Source: Candidatus Eiseniibacteriota bacterium
GTDB lineage: Bacteria; Eisenbacteria; RBG-16-71-46; DASYSL01
Reading direction: 5' to 3'
DNA: 64,000 bases
NCBI GenBank assembly: GCA_031431875.1
Contig: JANPEF010000082.1
Span: 16,994-80,993 of the forward strand
Shown here: piece by piece, positions 34,679 through 44,014 of the stretch
Layout: every line of letters begins with the position of its first letter
Numbering within the stretch: position 1 is the first letter of the stretch
Translations under genes and position numbers: made by a program
Notes under the pieces: model-generated
What the model was told of the DNA's origin: nothing
The model's database searches: none
Seen by the model: the letters and a program-made list of their open reading frames with translations, nothing else

Positions 34679-36256
34679 ATGGCCGACGAGACCAGGAAGC
34701 GTATCCTCTGGGCGGACGACGAGATCGACCTGCTGCGCCCTCATATCCTGTACCTCGAGGGGAAGGGCTACGTCGTCACGCCGGCGATGAACGGCGAGGA
34801 CGCGCTCGAGCGCGTGCAACGGGAGCCGTTCGATGTCGTGCTGCTCGACGAGATGATGCCGGGCATGGGCGGCCTCGCCACGCTGGCCGCGATCAAGGAG
34901 CACCAGCCGACGCTGCCCGTGATCCTCGTCACCAAGAGCGAGCAGGAAGAACTCATGAACGAGGCGCTCGGCCGGCGCATCACCGACTACCTGATCAAGC
35001 CCGTGAGCCCGAGCCAGATCTGGCTGGCGATCAAGAAGGTGTTCGAGACGCAGGCGCTGCAGCAGGACCGCTCGGCGCGCGACTACGTCGGTCACGCGCG
35101 CTGGATCGCCGAGCTCGACACCAAGCGCGTGGACGCGGCGGGCTGGCTCGACGTGAGCCGCCGCCTGACCGCGTGGGACCTGGCGCTCGAGCACCTGTCC
35201 GAGCCCGGACTCAAGCAGGCCCACGCCGACAGCCGCCGCGAGCTCAACCAGGAGTTCGGACGCTTCATCGAGGAGCAGTATCCGCGCTGGGTGAAGGCGC
35301 CTGCGGGCGAACGGCCCATGCTCTCGGTCGATATCATCGAGCGCAAGGTGGTGCCGCACCTCAAGGCCGGCAAGCGCGTCACCTTCATCGTCATGGATTG
35401 CCTGCGCTTCGACCAGTGGCTGGCGCTGGCCCCGCTGCTCGAGCCGTACTTCGACATGGTGACCGAGCCCTACTACGGGCTTCTGCCCACGGCCACGCCG
35501 TACGCGCGCAACGCGCTGTTCTCGGGTCTGTTCCCCGACGAGATGGGCAAGAAGCACCCCGAGTGGTGGAACGAGGACACCAAGGACGACCGCAGCAAGA
35601 ACCGCTTCGAACGCCAGTTCCTCGAGGCACAGCTGGCCCGCCTCAAGGCCACCCCCGAGAAACCGATCAAGTACGTGAAGATCTACACCATGGACGAGAG
35701 CCAGAACGTGCGTCGGCAGGTGAGCACCTACGGTTCCCTCGGCATGGCCGCGCTGGTGTTCAACTTCATCGACATCATGGCGCACGGCCGCAGCGAGTCG
35801 GACCTGCTGCAGGAACTGGCTCCCGACGAGATCGCGTTCCGCGCCGTGCTGCGCGCCTGGTTCGCCCACTCGCCGCTGTTCGACGTGATGAAGGCGCTGT
35901 CGCTGCAGGACAACGTGATCGTCCTGACCACGGACCACGGCGCGGTGATGGGCAAGCGCGCGGCGCTGGTCCACGGTAACCGCGAGACCTCGACCAACCT
36001 GCGCTACAAGTACGGCACCAACCTCACGGTCGACTCGCGCCAGGCGATCAACATCAAGGATCCGACCGCATGGCGCCTGCCGCCCGGCCACAACAAGAAC
36101 TACCTGCTGGCGCGCGAGGACTACTACTTCGTCTACCCGACCCGCTTCCACGAATACGAGAAGGCATTCTTCGGCACCTTCCAGCACGGCGGCGTCTCGA
36201 TCGAGGAGATGATCGTGCCGTGTGTCACGCTGACGCCGAAGGGGCGCGTGGGGTGA
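34679..36256 (+). CDS. PorX-like response regulator (receiver + PglZ/alkaline-phosphatase-fold domain)
   Basis: ILWADDEIDLL, LLDEMMPG; MDCLRFDQW, LPTATPYARNALFSG, DIMAH, TTDHG, FQHGG; followed by tsaE as for Bacteroidota porX. Confidence 0.9.
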   Translation: MADETRKRILWADDEIDLLRPHILYLEGKGYVVTPAMNGEDALERVQREPFDVVLLDEMMPGMGGLATLAAIKEHQPTLPVILVTKSEQEELMNEALGRRITDYLIKPVSPSQIWLAIKKVFETQALQQDRSARDYVGHARWIAELDTKRVDAAGWLDVSRRLTAWDLALEHLSEPGLKQAHADSRRELNQEFGRFIEEQYPRWVKAPAGERPMLSVDIIERKVVPHLKAGKRVTFIVMDCLRFDQWLALAPLLEPYFDMVTEPYYGLLPTATPYARNALFSGLFPDEMGKKHPEWWNEDTKDDRSKNRFERQFLEAQLARLKATPEKPIKYVKIYTMDESQNVRRQVSTYGSLGMAALVFNFIDIMAHGRSESDLLQELAPDEIAFRAVLRAWFAHSPLFDVMKALSLQDNVIVLTTDHGAVMGKRAALVHGNRETSTNLRYKYGTNLTVDSRQAINIKDPTAWRLPPGHNKNYLLAREDYYFVYPTRFHEYEKAFFGTFQHGGVSIEEMIVPCVTLTPKGRVG

Positions 36257-36771
36257 AGGCGGAAGAAGCGACGTTCACGTCCAGCCTCGGGTCGCTGGCC
36301 GCCACGATGGAGTTCGCCGCGGCCCTGGGTGCCGCGCTGCGCGCGGGGGATCTCGTGTTGCTCGAGGGCGGCATGGGCGCCGGGAAGACCACGTTCGTGC
36401 AGGGCCTTGCCCGCGGCATGGGGCTGTCCTCCGCGGTCAAATCGCCGACCTACACTCTGGTCCACGAGCACAACGCGACGCAGGCGGGGCGCCCCGGCCT
36501 CGGCCATCTCGACCTCTATCGCGTCCCGGTCGGGCGCGACCTGGGGGACCTCGGCGTCGACGAGTTGCTCGCGCGCGGCGCCGTGGCCGTCGAGTGGGGC
36601 GGCCGCCTGTACGGCCCCGATGCCGACGCGATGCTGCTCGTGTTTCGCAGCGCAGCCGACGACGAACCGGAGGAAACCCGACACGTGAGCATCACCGGGC
36701 GTGGACAACGCGGGCTGGAACTCGCGGCCGATGCCATTCGCCGGCTGCGGGCGATCCCGCACGGGGCATGA
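36253..36771 (+). CDS. tsaE: tRNA t6A biosynthesis ATPase
   Basis: GGMGAGKTT, VKSPTYTL, HLDLYR, VEW; GTGA overlap. Confidence 0.93.
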   Translation: MKAEEATFTSSLGSLAATMEFAAALGAALRAGDLVLLEGGMGAGKTTFVQGLARGMGLSSAVKSPTYTLVHEHNATQAGRPGLGHLDLYRVPVGRDLGDLGVDELLARGAVAVEWGGRLYGPDADAMLLVFRSAADDEPEETRHVSITGRGQRGLELAADAIRRLRAIPHGA

Positions 36772-37988
36772 GCATGCTGCTCGCCCTCGAGGCCTCCGGC
36801 GCGCGCGCCGAAGTCGCGGTCTGCGATGTGGACGGCGACGTGCGGGCCGCGCGCCACCGGCCCGCCGCCACTGAGCATGCGCGGATCCTCGCCGGGCTCG
36901 TCGACGAGGTGCTCCGCGAAGCTGCGGTCGGCGCGCGCGACCTCGCCGGCGTTGCGGTCGACGTCGGTCCGGGCTCGTTCACCGCGCTCAGGATCGCGCT
37001 CGCCACCGCGCACGGCATCGCCCAGCCGGGCGCCGCGCGCGTCGTGGGCGTGACCTCGTTCGCCGCGCTGGTCCACGGCCTCATGCGGCCGAAGCGGGTG
37101 GTCATCCCGTTGGTTCCCGCGGGGCGCACGCTGCTGTACGCCGGGTTCTACCGCGCCGACGCGCAGGGGCGTCTCACGCTGCTGCGCGGCCCGGCGGCCG
37201 CCGACCTCCCGAGGCTGCAGGTCCTGGTCGAGGAAGCGCTCGCGCTTCGCGCGGGAAAAGTCGCGCCGCACTTCGTCGGGCCGGGAGCGGCCCGGGAGCG
37301 CGAGGGGCTCGAGGCGCGCTGGCCCGGCTCGACTGGCAACGGCGCCACCGTTGACGCGGCCGAGGGCCCCGCGGTCGAAGCGGTCGCCCGGCTCGGCGCG
37401 CAGATGCTCGCCCCGCGTGGCCCCGCCGGCATGCCCTTGCCCAACTCCGTTGCCGACGCCGACGGGGCGACCCGCCCGCTCTACGTCCGGGTGCCGCAGG
37501 CGGTCGCCAACCTGCCCGCCGAGCGCCCCTCGTGGCGCGAACTCACGCTCGCGCCGTTCACCGAGAGCGATCTCGACGAGGCGCTCGTCATCGAGCAAGC
37601 CGTGTTCAGCGATGCATGGCCGCGCCAGTTTTTCCTCGAGGAAATCCGCCAGGCGGGCTCGCGGGCGCTGGCCGTCCGGCACCGTGGTACTCTCGCCGGA
37701 TACCTGCTGGCGTGGCGTCTCGACCATGAATGGCACCTGGGGAACATCGCCGTCGCGCCCGCCCACCAGCGGCGTGGCATCGGGCGCTTCCTGCTCGAGA
37801 CGCTGGTGCGCGAGGCCGATGCCGCGGGCGACGTGTCGATCACGCTCGAGGTGCGGCCGTCGAATTTCGCCGCGCAGGAACTGTACCGTGTGTTCGGCTT
37901 CCGCGCCGTGGCCCTGCGCCGCGGCTACTATCAGGACACCGGCGAGGACGCGCTCATCATGATGCGTGATCCGCGCGCGGGTGCGTGA
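36768..37988 (+). CDS. tsaB: TsaB fused to RimI-like N-acetyltransferase
   Basis: N-terminal VGPGSFTALRI...PLYVR (TsaB); C-terminal NIAVAP..QRRGIG, LEVRPSN, RRGYY...EDA (RimI); no stop between them. Confidence 0.88.
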   Translation: MSMLLALEASGARAEVAVCDVDGDVRAARHRPAATEHARILAGLVDEVLREAAVGARDLAGVAVDVGPGSFTALRIALATAHGIAQPGAARVVGVTSFAALVHGLMRPKRVVIPLVPAGRTLLYAGFYRADAQGRLTLLRGPAAADLPRLQVLVEEALALRAGKVAPHFVGPGAAREREGLEARWPGSTGNGATVDAAEGPAVEAVARLGAQMLAPRGPAGMPLPNSVADADGATRPLYVRVPQAVANLPAERPSWRELTLAPFTESDLDEALVIEQAVFSDAWPRQFFLEEIRQAGSRALAVRHRGTLAGYLLAWRLDHEWHLGNIAVAPAHQRRGIGRFLLETLVREADAAGDVSITLEVRPSNFAAQELYRVFGFRAVALRRGYYQDTGEDALIMMRDPRAGA

Positions 37989-37998
37989 AGGAGCGGGC

Positions 37999-38889
37999 AT
38001 GTCCTGGCTCAAGAAGAAGAAGACCGGGATCACGACGCAGGACAAGAAGGAGATCCCCGGCGGCCTGTTCATCAAGTGCGACGGCTGCGGTGAGATCCTC
38101 TACCAGCCCGAGCTCGAGGCAGCGCTGTGGACCTGTCCCAAGTGCAGCCACCACTTCCGCATCGCCTCCAGCGACTACGTCGGCCTGCTCGTCGACCCGG
38201 GCTCGTTCGACGAGCTGTTCACCGACCTGGTGGCCGAGGATCCGCTCGAGTTCAAGGATGCGCGCATGCGCTATCCCGACCGCTACGCCCAGGCGCGCAA
38301 GGCGACCGGCCTCAACGACGCCGTGCGCACCGGCCGCGCCACGATCGACGGCGTGCCCACAGCGCTCGCCGTGATGGACTTCTTCTTCATGGCCGGCTCG
38401 ATGGGCTCGGTCGTGGGCGAAAAGGTCGCGCGCACGATCGAGCTGGCGATCGCCGAGCGCCGCGCGCTGGTCATCGTCACCGCCTCGGGCGGCGCGCGCA
38501 TGCAGGAGGGCATCCTCTCGCTCATGCAGATGGCGAAGACCTCGGCGCTGCTGGCCACGCTCAAGGAGGCGCGCCTGCCGTTCCTGTCGGTCCTGAGCGA
38601 TCCGTCGACGGCCGGCGTGATGGCGTCGTACGCCTCGCTCGGCGACGTGATCCTCGGCGAGCCGGGGGCGCTGATCGGCTTCGCCGGGCCGCGCGTCATC
38701 CAGGACACGATCGGCGAGGAACTGCCGGCGGGCTTCCAGCGCTCGGACTTCGTGCTCGATCACGGAATGCTCGACGCGGTCGTTCACCGCAAGGAAATGC
38801 GCGAACACGTCGCACGGCTGCTCGGATTCTTCCGCCAGTCCACCGACGGCTTCCAGCCGGCCCCGGCGGACGCGCTCTACCGGCCCTGA
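37999..38889 (+). CDS. accD: Acetyl-CoA carboxylase carboxyltransferase beta subunit
   Basis: CDGC...CPKC zinc finger, GSMGSVVGEK, SGGARMQEG, IGFAGPRVI. Confidence 0.97.
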   Translation: MSWLKKKKTGITTQDKKEIPGGLFIKCDGCGEILYQPELEAALWTCPKCSHHFRIASSDYVGLLVDPGSFDELFTDLVAEDPLEFKDARMRYPDRYAQARKATGLNDAVRTGRATIDGVPTALAVMDFFFMAGSMGSVVGEKVARTIELAIAERRALVIVTASGGARMQEGILSLMQMAKTSALLATLKEARLPFLSVLSDPSTAGVMASYASLGDVILGEPGALIGFAGPRVIQDTIGEELPAGFQRSDFVLDHGMLDAVVHRKEMREHVARLLGFFRQSTDGFQPAPADALYRP

Positions 38890-40208
38890 TCCCGCACGAC
38901 GCGTATCGCGCGGCGCTCGAGCGCCTGTACGGTCTCGAGCGCGGCAAGACCGGCTTCGGCCTGGCGGGCACGCGCGCGCTCGTCGAGGCACTCGGCCGCC
39001 CTGACCGTGCTTTCCGCTCCGTGCACCTGGCCGGCACCAACGGCAAGGGCTCGACCGCCGCGCTGATCGAGCGCGGCCTGCGCGCCGCCGGCGCCCGCAC
39101 CGGATTGTTCACCTCGCCCCATCTCGTCGACTTCCGCGAGCGCCTGCGCCTCGACGGCCGCCCCGCCGCGGCCGCCGACGTGGCGCGCGCGCTCGCCCGC
39201 GTCGAGGCCATTCCCGCGCCGCCGGGGCACCCGCGCACGTTCTTCGAGGCCACGTTCGGCCTCGGCTGCGCGCTGTTCGCCGACGCCCGGGTCGACTGGG
39301 GCGTGCTCGAGTGCGGGCTCGGCGGCCGGCTCGACGCGACCAACGTCGTCACGCCGGCGCTCGGCGTGATCACGCCGATCGGGCTCGACCACGCCGAAAT
39401 CCTGGGCGACACGCTCGAGGCGATCGCCGGCGAGAAGGCCGGCATCTTCAAGTCCGGCGTCCCGGTCGTGATCGCCGCACAGGCGCCGGCCGCCCATGCC
39501 GTGCTGGTCCGCATCGCGCAGGCCGTCGGCGCGCCGCTCGAGGCGGGGTCCGAACGCGCGCGGCTCGTCGCCGTCGACCGCATCGGCCCCGAGGGCAGCG
39601 ACGTGCGCTTCGACGTCGCGGGCTTCGGCGCGGTCGAAGCCCGGCTGGCACTGGTGGGCCGCCACCAGGTCGAGAACGCGCGCACTGCGCTGGCCGTGCT
39701 CTCGCTGCTGGCCGCGCGCGAGCCCGGGCTCGGGCTCGATGCCGCGTGCGCCCGCACCGCGCTGTCGAGCGTGCGCTGGCCCGGGCGCTTCGAGTCCTGC
39801 CCGGGCGAGCCGCGACTGTGGTGGGACGGGGCGCACAATCCCGATGGCGCGCGCGTCGTGCGCGCGGCGTGGCGCGAGGCGCTGGGCGATCCGCCGGGTA
39901 CGCTCGTGCTCGGGGTCTCGACCGACAAGGATCTCGACGCGATGCTCGGAGCGTTCGCCGGCCCGTGGCGGCGCGTGCACGCGGTCGCCGCCGAGAGTTC
40001 GCGCGCGGTGCCGCCGGAGGCGCTGGCCGCCGCGGTCGGTCGCGCCTGGCCCGGGATCGAGGCGACGGCGCACGCGTCGGTCGCCACGGGTGTCCAGGCC
40101 GCGCTCGAACGCGCGACGGGGGACGAACGAGTGCTCGTGGCCGGTTCGCTGTTCGTCGTCGGCGAAGCCATGAGCGCGATGGGCGCGGCGGAGGTGGCGT
40201 GCTCCTGA
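38886..40208 (+). CDS. folC: Folylpolyglutamate/dihydrofolate synthase
   Basis: HLAGTNGKGS, FTSPHL, TFFE, ECGLGGRLDATN, EKAGI, WPGRFE, DGAHN, GSLFVVG; start uncertain (CTG 38886 proposed). Confidence 0.92.
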   Translation: MIPHDAYRAALERLYGLERGKTGFGLAGTRALVEALGRPDRAFRSVHLAGTNGKGSTAALIERGLRAAGARTGLFTSPHLVDFRERLRLDGRPAAAADVARALARVEAIPAPPGHPRTFFEATFGLGCALFADARVDWGVLECGLGGRLDATNVVTPALGVITPIGLDHAEILGDTLEAIAGEKAGIFKSGVPVVIAAQAPAAHAVLVRIAQAVGAPLEAGSERARLVAVDRIGPEGSDVRFDVAGFGAVEARLALVGRHQVENARTALAVLSLLAAREPGLGLDAACARTALSSVRWPGRFESCPGEPRLWWDGAHNPDGARVVRAAWREALGDPPGTLVLGVSTDKDLDAMLGAFAGPWRRVHAVAAESSRAVPPEALAAAVGRAWPGIEATAHASVATGVQAALERATGDERVLVAGSLFVVGEAMSAMGAAEVACS

Positions 40209-43200
40209 GGCGAACCGTCGCGTTTGCGATCTCCGTGCTTCTTGCCGCGATCGCGGCCGTGGTTCCGGTCGAGGGGCAGGTGGCGCCCCCGGCTTCGGCT
40301 CCGGCTGCGCCCGCGCCCGTCGATTCCGCGCGCGCGATCGCGGACACAACCGCCGCCCTCCGCGATTCCGCCGCCGTTTCACGCGACACGACCCTCCCAC
40401 CCGCGACCGCGCCTCCGGTGCGGTCGATCATCACCCAACCCCGCCGCGGCAGCAGTCCGTACAACGTCGTCGCCGATCGCCTCGAGGGGGGACGCACCGC
40501 GCTCGAGGGCGAGGTGATCATGCTCATCGGCAACGTGACGCTGTCGCGCGACGGCACGGTGGTGAAGAGCCAGACCGGCCGCTACGTGAAGCGCGAGGGC
40601 ACCATTTACCTGACCGGCGGCGTCGACGCGGTCGACGGCGGGACCCGCGTCACGGCGCTGCAGGCCGCCTACAACGAGGCGACCGACTTCCTCACCCTCA
40701 TGGGGCAGGTCGTCGTGCGCGACAAGGACCTGGTGCTGGAGTCCGACCAGGGCTCGTACGACCAGTCGCGCGGCCGCGCCGAGCTGTGGAGCCGCGTGCG
40801 GGGGCGTGACAGGACGCGCACGCTCACCGCCGATCGCGTCACCTACCTGCGCGACGAGCAGGTGGCACAGGCGCGCGGGCGCGTCGTCGCCCGCGACTCG
40901 ACCGAGGGGCTCACGCTGACGGGCGAGGCCATCGACTACGACCGCCGGCGCGAGTTCGCGCTCGCCACCGCGCGGCCCACGCTGGTGCAGGCCGGGAAGA
41001 ACGGGAAGGGCGCGACGACGCTGGTCGGCGACACGATCACCGTCGCCACGCCCGAGCGCATCGCGACCGCCGCCGGGTCCGTGGTCATCACGCGCGACAG
41101 TCTGCGCGCCGAGGCCGGCCGCATGGTGTACTACGATCGCGAGGAGCGTGGCGTGCTGACCGGCGAGCCGCGCGCGTGGACCGACGAGGTCGACGTGCGC
41201 GGCGACTCGCTCGAGATCTTCACCCGCGACCAGGGAATCGACCGCCTGCTCGTCCTCGCCAACGGGCGCATCGAGTACCACGCCGACTCCGGCGCCGACG
41301 CCGGCGGCAGGAGCCTGCTCACCGCGCAACGCATGGACGTCTGGTTCGACGCCGCGGACGACGGCATCGACAGCCTCTACGCCACCGGCGAGGCGGCGAA
41401 CGAGTTCACGGGGAAGCCGCTGCCCGATCGCCTCTCCGAGTCGAACCGGACGACCGGCGACCTGGTGCGTCTCTACTTCGACGGGAAGGACCTGCAGGAG
41501 GCGATCGTCACCGGCAAGGCCGCGGGCACGTATCGCGCCGAGCTCGCCGCCAGCGACACCGCCGGCGCCCGCGCGAACGCCGTGGAGTACGAGGCCGACC
41601 GCATCGTCTTCGAGGTGCCGAAGAACCGCATCCGCCTCGAGCAGAATGCGGTGCTGCGCTACGAGCAGATCGCGCTGCGCGCCCCTGAGGTCCTGTTCGA
41701 CGTCAAGCAGCAGGTGCTCGAGGCCCGCGGCAACCCGCAGCTCGAGGACCGCGGCGACACGTTGCGAGGCACGTCGCTGGCCTACGACCTGGAGACCCGG
41801 CGCGGGACGGTGTTCGGCGCGCGCACGCGCTACCAGACCGGGTGGTACGCCGGGGACAAGATCCGCCGTCTCGGCGACGACGTAATCGACGTGGGCGGCG
41901 CGCGCTACTCCACCTGCAACCTCGACGACCCGCACTACGCGTTCCGCTCGGACCGGATGAAGATCTACCTCAAGGACAAGATCATCGCCCGGCCGGTGCT
42001 GTTCACGCTCAAGCACGTCCCGTTGCTGGCGCTCCCCTTCTACGTGTTCCCCATCCGTCAGGAGCGTACGTCGGGCCTGCTCGTGCCGCAGATCCAGTTC
42101 GGCTTCGGCGACGCGACCGGTGGGTATATCCGCAACGCCGGGTACTACTTCGCGCCGAACGACTACACCGACTTCACGGTCTCGGGCGACTGGTATCCGC
42201 AGGTGCCCTCGTGGGTGCTGCGTGGCGAGGCGCGTTACAAGTCGCTGTACAAGTTCGAGGGCCAGATGCAGGGGTCGATCGGGCGCTCGTTCTACACCAC
42301 GGAGGAGCGGAATTGGGACTTCCGCGCCCAGCACGCGCAGACGATCAACGACGCCACGTCGCTCACCGCGCGGGCCAACTTCACCTCGAGTGCGGACTAC
42401 ACGCGCGATCCGCTCACCGGCCTGCCGCTGGCGAACCGCATCGACCGCTTCCTCACCTCGAACCTGACGCTGTCGCACCGCCGGCCCTGGGCGTCGATCA
42501 ACCTGGTGCTGTCCCGCCAGGAGGATCTCGACACGAATCCGATCAGCTCGCCGCTGCCCAAGCTGCAGGAGCAACTGCCGTCGCTGTCGATCGTGCTGCC
42601 GTCGCGCACCCTGGGCCACAAGCCGGGGGCCACCGGCGGCGCGGGCTTCCTGCCGTTCCTGTCGACCACGTACCTGGGCTTCAATGCGCGCTTCCTCAAC
42701 GACCGCACCGTCTCGACGTTCCTGCGCCGCGACGAGTCGGGCGCGATCGCGGTGTTCGATACGTCGGTCGCCCGCCGCGCCTACCAGCACGTGGTGACGC
42801 TGAACGACAATCGCCGCCTCGGCTTCGTCAACTTCGGACCGACGTTCCGCTGGACCGAGGTCGTCTACCAATACGATGCGACAGGCAAATCGCCGTCGGC
42901 CGGCGGCACGTGGGCGGCGGGGGCGGGCGCCTCGATGACGCTGTACGGCACCTCGCACGGCGGGCTCGGTCCGATCACCTCGATTCGCCACGTGTTCCAG
43001 CCGATCTTCTCGTACTCGTTCCAGCCCCAATTCAGCCGCTTGCGCGTGCAGGTGCCGACCAGCGACACGACGTTCGCCACCGTCGACCGCTTCCCGCCGT
43101 TCGGCGGCATCGGGCTTTCGGGCACGCGACAGAGCTTCCTGTCGGTCAACCTGGTGAACCGCTTCGAGGCCAAGGTGCGGACCGAGAAGGGCGAGCGCGT

Positions 43201-43858
43201 GCTGTCGAACCTGCTCGGGATCGGCATCAACACCGCCTACGACTTCCTGCACGAGGCCAACGGCCGGGAGACGCCATGGCAGCCGATTCTGACCACGGTG
43301 CGCGTCCAGCCACCGAACTACATCAGCGGCGACCTGTCCCTGCGCCATGATCCCGCGGTGGACAAGCTGCTGCGCAACGCTTCGGCTTCGCTGTCGTTGC
43401 GCTTCGCCGGCGGGGGGCGTCCACCGGCGGTCGCCGAGATCCCGCTGGCCGGGAACGAGGCGCAGACTCGCGGCCCGCGCGACCAACTCGTGCCGTGGAG
43501 CCTGTCGACCTCGATCAGTTACGGGGGCAGCCGGAACGTCCTCGAGAACTGGCAGCACAGCGAGTCGGCCAACCTCGTGGCCGAGATCCAGCCCACCGCC
43601 AACTGGACGGTGCACTACTACAACCAGATCGATCTCAACGAGCGGCGGATCGTGGCCCAGGAGTGGTCGGTCACGCGCACGCTCCATTGCTGGCAGGCGC
43701 AATTCGTGCGGCGGTTCTCGGGGGGAACGGCCGATTACTACTTCAAGATCGGGATCCTCGACCGCCCCGAGATCTTCCTCGACCGCGGCACCGCCGGGCT
43801 GGGGACGATCGGCGGCCTGGGCTCGCTGGGTGGGATCGGGTCCTCGCTGGTGCCCTGA
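40199..43858 (+). CDS. LPS-assembly protein LptD-like with extended OstA/LptA-like N-terminal region (~1219 aa)
   Basis: Signal peptide; repeated jellyroll-like segments (ADRV, GDTI, GDSL, ADRI); YSTC..D.PHY, R.SGLLVP, GYYFAPNDY, terminal LHCW...YYFKIGI. Confidence 0.82.
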   Translation: MLLRRTVAFAISVLLAAIAAVVPVEGQVAPPASAPAAPAPVDSARAIADTTAALRDSAAVSRDTTLPPATAPPVRSIITQPRRGSSPYNVVADRLEGGRTALEGEVIMLIGNVTLSRDGTVVKSQTGRYVKREGTIYLTGGVDAVDGGTRVTALQAAYNEATDFLTLMGQVVVRDKDLVLESDQGSYDQSRGRAELWSRVRGRDRTRTLTADRVTYLRDEQVAQARGRVVARDSTEGLTLTGEAIDYDRRREFALATARPTLVQAGKNGKGATTLVGDTITVATPERIATAAGSVVITRDSLRAEAGRMVYYDREERGVLTGEPRAWTDEVDVRGDSLEIFTRDQGIDRLLVLANGRIEYHADSGADAGGRSLLTAQRMDVWFDAADDGIDSLYATGEAANEFTGKPLPDRLSESNRTTGDLVRLYFDGKDLQEAIVTGKAAGTYRAELAASDTAGARANAVEYEADRIVFEVPKNRIRLEQNAVLRYEQIALRAPEVLFDVKQQVLEARGNPQLEDRGDTLRGTSLAYDLETRRGTVFGARTRYQTGWYAGDKIRRLGDDVIDVGGARYSTCNLDDPHYAFRSDRMKIYLKDKIIARPVLFTLKHVPLLALPFYVFPIRQERTSGLLVPQIQFGFGDATGGYIRNAGYYFAPNDYTDFTVSGDWYPQVPSWVLRGEARYKSLYKFEGQMQGSIGRSFYTTEERNWDFRAQHAQTINDATSLTARANFTSSADYTRDPLTGLPLANRIDRFLTSNLTLSHRRPWASINLVLSRQEDLDTNPISSPLPKLQEQLPSLSIVLPSRTLGHKPGATGGAGFLPFLSTTYLGFNARFLNDRTVSTFLRRDESGAIAVFDTSVARRAYQHVVTLNDNRRLGFVNFGPTFRWTEVVYQYDATGKSPSAGGTWAAGAGASMTLYGTSHGGLGPITSIRHVFQPIFSYSFQPQFSRLRVQVPTSDTTFATVDRFPPFGGIGLSGTRQSFLSVNLVNRFEAKVRTEKGERVLSNLLGIGINTAYDFLHEANGRETPWQPILTTVRVQPPNYISGDLSLRHDPAVDKLLRNASASLSLRFAGGGRPPAVAEIPLAGNEAQTRGPRDQLVPWSLSTSISYGGSRNVLENWQHSESANLVAEIQPTANWTVHYYNQIDLNERRIVAQEWSVTRTLHCWQAQFVRRFSGGTADYYFKIGILDRPEIFLDRGTAGLGTIGGLGSLGGIGSSLVP

Positions 43859-43931
43859 GCCGACCGCCGAGGCCTCCCGTCCGCAAGTTGCAAAGCCTTG
43901 CCCGCGCGCCGCTTGGGGCGGGGGGTGCCGC

Positions 43932-43961
43932 TTGACCGGGGATTTCCCCGGCCCGTACACT
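43932..43961 (+). promoter_or_regulatory. Sigma70-type promoter TTGACC-N18-TACACT for the selenoprotein gene
   Basis: -35 at 43932-43937, -10 at 43956-43961, AGGAGG RBS at 44003-44008. Confidence 0.65.
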
Positions 43962-44014
43962 CGATCCATTCGCCGTACCCGCCGGGGGGTCCCCCGGCTC
44001 ACAGGAGGAACTTC

